This document shows, in pieces, positions 53,649-63,300 of a DNA stretch of 64,000 bases. The notes under the pieces were generated by a model, which saw only the letters and a list, made by a program, of their open reading frames with translations, made no database searches and was not told the origin of the DNA. This DNA is from Azolla caroliniana (Eukaryota > Plantae > Polypodiophyta). A program made the translations under genes and the position numbers. Each line of letters starts with the position of its first letter. Position 1 is the first letter of the stretch. The stretch spans positions 3,844,001 through 3,908,000 of the forward strand of contig JBHGNT010000005.1 of assembly GCA_043228905.1 (NCBI GenBank). Reading direction: 5' to 3'.

Positions 53649-55109
53649 ACGCGGAAGAAAATTGGAGTGGGGTCCGGTCAACCGGGCCCGAACCGAAGAA
53701 GAGCCGACAAGGCCGGATTTGTTCAGACAAACATGTACCGGCCGGTTATGATTACGGAAGGGAGCCGACCAAACCGGAACTCGATCGGCCAAGACCGATC
53801 CGGGCGAAGGCTAAGCCGACATGATTGGAGGTCGAGGCGAACGAGCCACAACACCCGGTGGGAGCCGATGAGCGCGAGAAGGAGGCCAAGAGCGAGAGGA
53901 GCCCTCCACATCTACCCTTGAGACTTTGGCGGTTGCATATCAACATAAGACCGAAGAGACAGCGGGTGGCGGCAAGGAGTCGGAGACCGGAACGGACGAG
54001 GCTACCGGAACAGGTACCCGGTGTGTGAAGACGGACGAGCACAGCCAAGAGGGCCAAACGGAGACGGAAGAGTGTACGACAACGAAGGATGAAGAGACCG
54101 ACGCGGAGGTCGGGTCTACGGTGGATGAGGTGCGTAATACGAAGTATGCACTACGGCGTAAAACAGAGCATGCTCTATAGCCGCTCGAGGGCCAAGAAGC
54201 AAGCATGCACCCGGAAGAGCGGCAACGAGTGACCGGCAACGGCGGACCAATCGAGCCTTTGAGAGGCAAGCACGCGGCAAGAGACGGAGCGGTGAGTTGC
54301 CGGGATCGGCGGATAAACGACGAGAGCGGAGGATGGTGCGCGGAGAGCAAAGAGCTATGCACCAAGGAGAGAAAAAGCGACGTCTCGGAGGACATGCGGG
54401 GCCAAGCGGGCCAAGAGGATGCGAGTCGAGATGAAGCGGTAACGAGAGTCGTGAAGGACCCTGACACGAATGTCGAGATGACGATACGCTCTACGGCGAG
54501 AGAGCACGACGGGCAAAGGAGAAGCAAGGAACGCGGAATGGGGTCGCCTAAGGGCCAAAGAATGAGCGCATATTCGGGGGACAACATCGGCGCACGGGAA
54601 GAGCCTACGGAAGGCAAGCGCGGAGCGAGAAGAGTCAACACACCGAGGTGTTCGGCATGCGGAGACGATAAAACCAAAGGAGCGGAACGCAAAGGGCGGA
54701 AACCGGAGTGTGATCAGAGAGATCCGAAGGACATACGAGGCGGACCAAGAGGGTGTACCTCGGGGCGAAGTGGCAACATCGGAGGTTGCGGAGGACACCG
54801 AAGACGAGAGCACCGACACGGATGTCAGGGAAGCAACGTACCTTTTCGAAAGGGTACGCAGAGCGGAGCGAAGTGCGAGACGTGCGATGTGGCCACGTAA
54901 GGGCCGAGCAACGAGCACGAGGATGAGCGACGACGAAGTTCAGCGCGCGACAGTGCCGAGTCAAGGAAGCGGCCAAGGGAAGACATGCATGGACGAAGAG
55001 CACATGGTGCGATATTCGGCAAACGGTCGGGAAGAACGAGGATTCGGTCCAAGGTCACGCACGGGAAACGAAGGAAGACAAAGAGAGGTTTGCGAAGACC
55101 GGGTCTGGC

Positions 55110-55353
55110 GATCCCCTCTCCCCTCTCTCCTCTCCTTTTTATACCCCCATCCTCCTGTCAATTCGCTTTATTCCTTGTCCTTCCTGACAGAGATATGCAC
55201 AATCCCCTAATAAATGTGTGCTACTTAGTATTTACATCCACTGATCCATTTATGAATCGTGTACAAAATGTCAAGTCACGCGTCCATCCGTGTAAGAGCC
55301 GGTTCATGCGCTTTTCTCTCCGATTCCGCCTATGGCCGGTTTTCTTCACGACA
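55110..55353 (-). mobile_element. Truncated X3 LTR in inverted orientation, inserted at ACGT in the X1 3' LTR
   Basis: Reverse complement of about 52952-53190. It ends CTTCACGACA|ACGTATACTAGG, where the X1 LTR sequence resumes. Confidence 0.85.
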
Positions 55354-56162
55354 ACGTATACTAGGAAATGGTGTATAGAAATAAGAGGGCAAATTTTATC
55401 CCACATTATAAGGTCCCTCCCTCCTTGGGCTATAAAAGGAAGGGAGGGGTTGCCTATTTTGCATATGAAAGGTATGCCACTTAGTCTAGAGTTCTTACCG
55501 TTTTAGGGTTAGGGTTTCGTTTAGGGTTTTCCTTATTCATCTTCGGTTAGGGTTCTCTCATAGTCGTTTGGTGCGGCCCATGCGGCCACCATTGTTGTAA
55601 TCATTTGTTTGTTTTAATATATCTTGTTGAGTATCTTACCTCCGCCAATCTCTCCTTCTATGTGGTGATCTTATTCTTTCTTCTTCTCCTCTTGAGTTAA
55701 GCTTCCAAACATATATTATTCTTTCTCCTCTACTCCCTAGTCCAAGACCCCCATGGTCCCGCCCCTTCTACACGCACGCGCGTAACAACGCGACAACGTG
55801 CCATGGCACTGTCCCACAGGCGTGCCAGGTGTTGTCCGCCGGAATAGTAACCGACGAACAAGAGCGTAGTAATATGGAATAGAATAATTTTGTACCGCAT
55901 GTAACAGTTCACGCGGGAAGCGTGAACGGCTAAAAGACCCTGCGTATATAAAGGGCAAAAAACCTCTTATAGAGGTAGCGTGTAATTTTGAATGTAAAAG
56001 ACGTGTCGTAATAAAGTTCTATCTTCTCTGATATCTGTGTGTAGCTGCGGTTAATCTACTGTGTGTCTGAAATTCTTGAGAGCATAGAAGTAAGTAACGT
56101 TGTGTGTGCTAGGCCACTGTCTAAGGAGCTCAGTTGTAGTCGTCTCCCTTATACGCTGCTAG

Positions 56163-56210
56163 GTTACGCGCGTGCATGTAGGAAGAGGCGGGACCACGGG
56201 GGTCTTGGAC

Positions 56211-56254
<44 letters not shown>

Positions 56255-56805
56255 AGAATCCAATTACTAAAATCAATAACTTACAACTCGAACAGTTACA
56301 ACTGGCAACCCGGTAATGGGCCCGACACGGGGTCCCACTCACGCACACAGACGACTGCCACACAACTCCAGGAACCAAAAAGGGAGATCAGCCGGGAGAG
56401 AGCCTTTGCTTGACGCACACGGGCTGTCAACGAAGCAAAGGTAGCGAGCTCCCGACACCCACAGAGACCGACGACCAGAGGAGGAGAAGAGGAGAGAGCT
56501 CGGCACTCCGTTCCGCAGCAGCACTTCCTCTTCCCCAACGCGCCCCCCCTCTCTTCCTCCTCTCCCTCTCTTTTATAGCACAAGGAGGGAGGCCCTTATC
56601 ACCCATTACATCATATTAACTCTCTGTCCTTTCGGATAGAGATCCAATCCGATTCTCTCCCTATTGAATGCGTGCTACCTAGGATTTTACCTCAGCCGAC
56701 TTGTACCTACCTACTTACTATACAACGAAAAGTGTGCTCGCGTGCAAAGGCCGGTTTGCACATGCTAAACTCGGTTTCCGCCTACGGACGGTTTTCTTCA
56801 CGACA
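56163..56805 (-). mobile_element. Solo LTR, family X, subfamily X4, inside the host Gypsy 3' LTR
   Basis: Carries both family end boxes in reverse (GTTACGCGCGTGC...GGGACCACGGGGGTCTTGGAC and GGTTTCCGCC..CTTCACGACA). The right flank is ACGG, and the terminal 9 bp or so at the left end are missing. Confidence 0.82.
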
Positions 56806-56918
56806 ACGGGAAGTATCCCACTAAGTATTACGCACAGATGCTACCATTCGTTGTCACACAGTCACTTGGAGGTCTAGGTCGAAGGACTAACCATAGACTG
56901 TGTTCCTAGTCGGTAACA

Positions 56919-56979
56919 ACAGGCTCTGACTCTGAGCTAATCCATAAACCCTTGGACTTATTCCAATTGATGAAGGCTC
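56919..56979 (-). mobile_element. Continuation of the same LINE beyond the 37.8-kb insertion
   Basis: Reads AFINWNKSKGLWISSESEP on the minus strand and joins in frame, via the TSD ACAGG, to VWKPNAEFKWIVKG..RYLG at 19103 and below. It is cut again at 56980 by a Copia. Confidence 0.85.
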
Positions 56980-57162
56980 TGTCGAATACAAGTGTATAAT
57001 GGACGTATTCACACTATCCCTTTGTATAGATCAAGTTTGGGCCATTTGTGTAATTAGCATAAATGGTAGATGCCCTAAGTCTGTCACTATATATAGTGAC
57101 CTTGTAACCTTTTTGTAAGGTTGGGTTGTATTATTGCTTTATGGAATAGAAAGAGTCGTTTT

Positions 57163-57208
<46 letters not shown>

Positions 57209-58614
57209 GTGCAACGACCTAGAAACTGTCATACGCAGGTACAGAACAGAATCAAATGCTTCTTGATCTTCCGCATAGACGACCTTGTCTCCAACATCTG
57301 GTATCAGAGCCTGCACAGTATTCGGTCCTTCAATCCGCTGTCGGACGTCGTCTCAGCCTACACAGCATTCAGTTTCCTGCGTCATTCGAAGAAGAGAGAA
57401 GAAGAAGAAAAAAACGAGGCTTGCATCTCATCGCGTTAGATCATCTTCGCTTGGAGTAAGCCAGCCGCTTGTACTCTGTTTCTTGTGATCGTAACCGCTC
57501 GAGGTGAAATCCCCTTGTGCAACATTGACACGATCGTGCTCCACTCGGTTAAACGGCATCCGAAGAGGTCATCAAACGCTGCTCGCCGCTCATTGTAACC
57601 ACTCGGTGCAGATCGGTCTCAAGACAACAACCCCAATTCGTGCTTTATCCGGCTGATCGACATTCGAGAGGATCAGTTGGATCCGTCTCTCTCGTCGCTG
57701 CAGTCACCCGAAGCAGAATCGGTCCAGACAATCGGATTCAATAATCGGTATTTGGCATATATATTCGGAAGCGAACCGGGCTCACTCCGACTCGGCAACA
57801 TTCGGGAAGACCAGTCGGTTCTGTCCCTCAAGTTACCGGAGTCAATTCGAGCAAGTTCAACAATACATATATCCGAGCCGAACCGACTCGGGTTCAAATC
57901 CGACTAGAACGATATCGGGTGAGCCAACCGGCTGCACTCCAACAAGGTTCGTAGTCAACTCCGAACCGAGCTTCGTCAACCGAAACCAAATTTGATGGCA
58001 TCAACATCCGGCTCGTCAGAAATGAGTCTACGAAAGTTCGATGGATCGAACTTCAACTTCTGGAAGGAGCAAATGCAGGACTATCTCATAGTCAAGGGGC
58101 AAATCGATCCCATCGAAAATGAAGAACCTCCAAAAGGATACAAACCAATTGAGTGGCAGAAGCTGGACAGAATCGTCCGCGCCACGATTCGGATGCACCT
58201 ATCGGAATCGGTATACTTTACGGTGCAATCGTGTACGACAGCATTCGAACTATGGAAAACACTGTCGGACACCTACGAAAAGAAGGTCGCTGCAACGAAG
58301 ATGTTTCTGATCCGGCGCCTCTACAACTTGCGGATGAAAGAATCCGATTCGGTTCAAGCACATCTCAATGAGTACGAAAGCATAAGCTCCCAAATCTCGT
58401 CACAGGGGACGGCAATCGAGGATGAACTCAGAGCAATGATACTCATGAGCAGCCTTCCCTCATCATGGGAAACTTTCGTCACAACCGTGTGCAACGCGTC
58501 AACCACGGCTGTTAAATACTCCGAAGTCACGAGCGCAATCCTGACCGAAGCAGCTCGGAGAAAGTCTTTCGCCAAAGACTCAACAGACGACGCTTACGTA
58601 GTACAAGGTTCGAC
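56980..58614 (+). mobile_element. Second copy of the Tnt1/Tork-like Copia (5' LTR, leader, gag start), interrupted at 58615
   Basis: LTR 56980-57296 (TGTCGAATAC...CCAACA) and PBS at 57299-57310. Gag 57992-58614 is almost identical to that of 33281-32660. Confidence 0.95.
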
Positions 58615-58904
58615 TGTCATAACTAGACTCGAACCCATAACCTTTTGTTACACGGGTCGAGACTTTACCATTAGGTTATGAATTGTAATTTGAAGGATAT
58701 TATTTTCATTTAGGTTTTATTAGGAAATTGATGTATATTCCAGATTTCTCTGGAACATTCTAGAAACTTCAGGAGTATTCCTGAAGACACTATAAAAGGA
58801 GGCGCAAGGCATTAGTTCGAACCAAATCGGTTCAACGCCAGTCTTAAGCCTTCTAACTACTGTTGTATATCTTCCTTCATATAATACATATACCTTTCGC
58901 ATCA

Positions 58905-58948
<44 letters not shown>

Positions 58949-59183
58949 ACCCATTCCTTCTCTCAAAGTTCGACACCTCTCATAGTACTAATCCTTCTCT
59001 GTCTTAGTACTATTCCCCGACAATAGTACTAATCCTTCTTTTAGTACTAATTCCTTCTCTGCCTTAATAGAGTTCCTGACAGTTTGAACCGATTTTCTCG
59101 GTGCCTGTCTGGTCTTTTCTCTCCCTCTTCCTTCTGTCTCCCTCCTTTCCTATTAGTCTCTTATTTTCCTTTTCCTTCATCCC

Positions 59184-60353
59184 ATGGCCACCGTTAGCGC
59201 TGAAGAGTATCAATCCGTTTTCTCGGAATTTCAATGCTTGAAAGAGAAGTTTCATGCTTTGGAACAAGAAAATCAACGCTTGTTGGGGGATCTTCAGCAA
59301 ATTTCCTTAGAAAAGCAGCAAACGCAACAACAGCATGGGGAACTTGCGTTACGCGTGCAACAACTCGAAGCAACCATCGTAGCAATGCAACAACAAGGGC
59401 ACGGAGCACGAGGGATTCATAAAGAACCCAAGATTGGCCTTCCCACGAAGTTTGATGGAACGCGATCGCAGTTTAGAGGGTTTCTTAACCAGGTACGGTT
59501 AGTTATTCAAATGCATCCGTCCCGATATCCCACCGATGCATCACGAGTGGGTTTAGTAGGCACGTTGTTAAATGGCTCAGCATTAGCATGGTTCGCTCCG
59601 CTACTAGAAAAGGAATCTCCAGTACTAAATAATTTTGAAGAATTCATAAATGAGTTTAAAGCATGTTTTGGAGATACTGACAGCATAAGGACTGCAATCA
59701 ACAAAATCCGGCGATTACGCCAAGGTGACCGTCCAGCCTCCGCATATGCTGCAGATTTCCGCCTACTCGCCGCCGATATCCCCTGGGATGATCAAGCATT
59801 GATGGAGCAGTTCCGCTATGGTCTACGCAACGATGTCAAGGATTTACTCTTGACTTTCCCTGAAGAGCCAAAATCATTAACAGAAGCAATCAGTCGAGCG
59901 GTCAGATGTGACAACCGCCTCTTCGAGCGACGTTCGGAACGACAATTTCAGATGCCGAGGGCAAGATCCGAGCCTACCTATGCCTCAGTGGTAGCAAAAC
60001 CTTTTCAAAGGGAGTCACATAATGCGCCTCCAGTAAGTACTCCAACTCCAATGGAAATTGACACTACACGTCGTCGTGGGCCGCTATCGGAGGAGGAAAA
60101 GCAACGACGCCGAACAAACCGATTATGCCTTTATTGCGGTGGACCAGGGCATATCGCGATAAACTGTCCCCATAGACCAAGAAGGCAGGTAAACCAAGTC
60201 GTTGTTAGTTCTGACTATACTAAACCCGAGTCTATTTCAGTAGGAATCTCTGATAGTCCTCATAGTCATAATAGTCCTAATAGTACTAATAGTCCAAATC
60301 TCGCAAACAAATTTGATGTCCTTAGCCAATTAGAAGAAGAGTTAAACGACTAA
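59184..60353 (+). CDS. gag: Chromovirus Gag
   Basis: N-terminal coiled coil, PTKFDGTRSQFRGFL, LRQG..ASAYAADF, FRYGL, PTPMEID and the knuckle CLYCGGPGHIAINCP. Confidence 0.95.
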   Translation: MATVSAEEYQSVFSEFQCLKEKFHALEQENQRLLGDLQQISLEKQQTQQQHGELALRVQQLEATIVAMQQQGHGARGIHKEPKIGLPTKFDGTRSQFRGFLNQVRLVIQMHPSRYPTDASRVGLVGTLLNGSALAWFAPLLEKESPVLNNFEEFINEFKACFGDTDSIRTAINKIRRLRQGDRPASAYAADFRLLAADIPWDDQALMEQFRYGLRNDVKDLLLTFPEEPKSLTEAISRAVRCDNRLFERRSERQFQMPRARSEPTYASVVAKPFQRESHNAPPVSTPTPMEIDTTRRRGPLSEEEKQRRRTNRLCLYCGGPGHIAINCPHRPRRQVNQVVVSSDYTKPESISVGISDSPHSHNSPNSTNSPNLANKFDVLSQLEEELND

Positions 60354-63300
60354 GTCCAGCCAAAATAGGAGCCGTTTGGTTGGACAGCCCTAGATCTGTG
60401 CAGCCCATTAGTGGTTCCATTCCCTCTAAGCAAGTTAGTGATGTGTTCGTAGCCCAAGTAGCAGTTAGTACTAAAAGTACCCCTCCAGTACATACCTTAG
60501 CCCTTCTAGATTCCGGAGCTAATTCTTGCTTCATGGATAGGAATTTTGCCCGAGCTCATCAGATATCTCTCAGAAAGCTCCCATGTCCAGCCTCAGTAGT
60601 AGTCATTGATGGTCGTCCCATTGCTTCTGGTAATATCATAGAAGAGTCGGAACCCGTTAATATTGTCCTAGATAACTTAACATGTGTAGTATCATTTAAT
60701 ATTATTAGTATTCCAGAACATCCCATAGTTTTAGGATTACCATGGTTCGAGTTACATAACCCAGACATAGATTGGAGGACAAGGGAAATCCGGTTGCGAC
60801 AAACCCAAGGATCTACCCAGAAGGTTGCAACCATTTCGCTACGTCAGTTGCGTGAGGAAGGGCGCAAGGAGGAAATGTTTCTCTTCGCAATATCAGTACA
60901 ACCCTCCAGTACCACCAAAGAGGAGTCCACCGTTCAACTTCCCGAGAAGTATCGTCAGTATGCTGATGTGTTCGATAAAGTACAAGCCAACACACTTCCT
61001 CATCATCGGCCGTACGATTGCGCCATCGACTTACAACCGGGAAAAGAGCCGCCATGGGGGCCGATCTACAATTTGTCACCAACCGAGCTAGAAGTCCTTC
61101 GAGCCTATATAGAGGAGAATTTGGAGAACGGTTTCATTCGGCATTCGAAATCTCCAGCCGGCGCACCCATTTTCTTCGTCAAGAAAAAAGATGGCTCGCT
61201 TCGACTCGTTGTAGATTACCGTGGCTTGAATAAGGTCACAGTAAGAAATAGGTATGCTCTTCCCCTTATCTCAAGTCTTTTAGAACGGATCAACGGTGCC
61301 AGGTTCTTCACGAAGATCGACTTACGAGGAGCCTATAACCTCGTACGGATCCGACCAGGAGATGAATGGAAGACCGCGTTTCGCACCAGATATGGGCACT
61401 TCGAGTATACGGTCATGCCGTTCGGACTCACTAATGCGCCGGCAGTCTTCCAGCACATGGCGAATGATATATTTCGAGATCTCTTGGATGATTTTTTGAT
61501 CATCTATTTGGATGATCTACTGGTTTATTCAAAGACCCAAGAAGAACATGATTCTCATGTACTATTAGTACTAAAACGACTTCGAGAACATGGTCTGTAT
61601 GCAAAGTTAGAGAAATGTAGTTTCGGGTGCAACCAAGTGGAGTTTCTCGGCTATGTCATCTCCTCAGAAGGCATATCTATGGACCCAGCCAAGGTCAAAA
61701 CGGTGATAGAATGGCACACTCCGCGTTCGGTGCGGGATGTGCAATGCTTCCTAGGCTTTGCAAATTTTTACCGGAAGTTCATACAAAATTACTCAAAAAT
61801 TGTGCTGCCTCTCACACAGCTCACCAGGAAGGGACAATCATTCCTTTGGTCTAAAGAGACGGACATGGCTTTCGAGAGTCTTAAGAAGGCGTTTACATCA
61901 GCTCCAATTTTAGGTCATGTGGATCCGGAAAAACCATTCATTATCGAAGCTGACGCATCGGATTTCGCATTGGGGAGCATTCTGTCACAACAGGGTAACG
62001 ACGAGAAGCTACATCCTGTGGCTTTCCACTCCCGTAAGTTTGACGCCGCCGAAATCAACTACGAAATTCATGATAAAGAGCTATTAGCAATAGTTGATTC
62101 TTTTATGCAATGGAGGCATTTCCTGGAGGGATCTCCTCATCAGGTCACTGTATTCAGTGACCACAAGAACCTTGCCTACTTTCAAGATGCTCGTGTACTG
62201 AATCGACGTCAAGCTCGGTGGGCCCACTTCCTCACACGCTTCGACTTCAAAATTACATATCGTCCGGGGAAGCACCAAGGGAAGGCAGATGCATTATCAC
62301 GACGTTCGTATCTAACACCACGTCCCGGTGAGCCAGCTTTCGATAACCAGAAGCAAGTAATCTTGGGTCCAGCACGACTGCAAGCAGCACAGGTCTTTGA
62401 CATGCCCGTGGATTCCGACATTACCAATACTATACGTGAGGACTTGAAGACTGACGCTTTCGCCCAAGCTATACTAGCACAAATTGACCCCTCTCGAGCG
62501 TCATGTTCACAATCACAATCACCAGGTACGGATTATCGGCAATTCAAATACTGTGATGGATTACTCTTCTTTAAAGAACTTTTGTATGTTCCTAATGGTT
62601 CTTGCCGCCTTCGAGTAGTACAAAACTGCCATGACACATATACAGCCGGACATTTTGGTAGTACTAAAACATTAGATTTAGTACAACGATCATTCTGGTG
62701 GCCCCGTATGCGACAATTTGTCGAAGATTTTGTTCGGACTTGCGATACATGCTGCAGAGCGAAAATGCCAAGACATCATCCATATGGTTTATTAGAACCA
62801 TTACCAATTCCAAGCAAGCCATGGCAATCCATTGCTCTTGACTTCATTACAGATCTTCCAGTCTCTAAGGGATTCAGTGCGATTCTCACAGTGGTGGATC
62901 GATATACAAAGATGGCTCATTTCTTACCATGTACTAAAGAAATATCTAGTGAAGACACCGCCGAAATTGTCATGCGGGAAGTATGTCGGCATCATGGACT
63001 CCCTGATAATATCATCAGCGATCGTGGACCTCAGTTTGTGTCAAAATTCTGGAAGCACCTTTTTAAAATGCTGAAGGTCACTTGTCACCTCTCCTCCGGC
63101 TACCACCCACAAACCGACGGTCAAGCTGAACGAACAAATCAAACACTGGAGCAGTATCTGCGGTGCTTTCTCAACTATCATCAGAATGACTGGGCAGATA
63201 TTCTTCAGTTCGCCGAATTTGCCTATAATAACGCTATCCACGCATCGACTAAAGTCACGCCATTCTACGCTTATACAGGATATCATCCCCGGTGGTGTGT

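Larger units (their letters stand above)
40483..55795 (+). mobile_element. Non-autonomous gag-only LTR element, family X, copy X1, expanded by an array and nested insertions
   Basis: TSD ACGT at 40479-40482 and 55796-55799. The 5' LTR runs TGTCATGAAG (40483) to ..AACGCAACA (49469) and is inflated by the array. The 3' LTR remnant 55354-55795 ends ..CGCGACA. A PBS and gag ORF follow the 5' LTR, and no pol motifs are present. Confidence 0.85.
19104..56918 (+). mobile_element. Old non-chromovirus Ty3/Gypsy (Athila/Tat-like) host element carrying nested insertions
   Basis: TSD ACAGG at 19099-19103 and 56919-56923. The 5' LTR remnant 19104-19193 matches the start of the 3' LTR (55830-56918, TGTTG...TAACA) with about 5 substitutions and 1 indel in 90 bp. 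Domain order is gag-PR-RT-RH-IN. Confidence 0.88.

Noticed and set aside
52952-55353. Element with 240-bp terminal inverted repeats (DNA transposon or DIRS-like)
   Set aside because: The left arm continues into a complete solo LTR with its own flanks, and the right arm is a separate truncated LTR in the opposite orientation. No transposase or tyrosine recombinase is present.
56770-56805. Hammerhead ribozyme (retrozyme) in the family X 5' box (GTGAAGA...stem...GAAAC)
   Set aside because: The core begins with G instead of the invariant C of CUGANGA, stem II is not flush with the core, and no stems I or III were evident.
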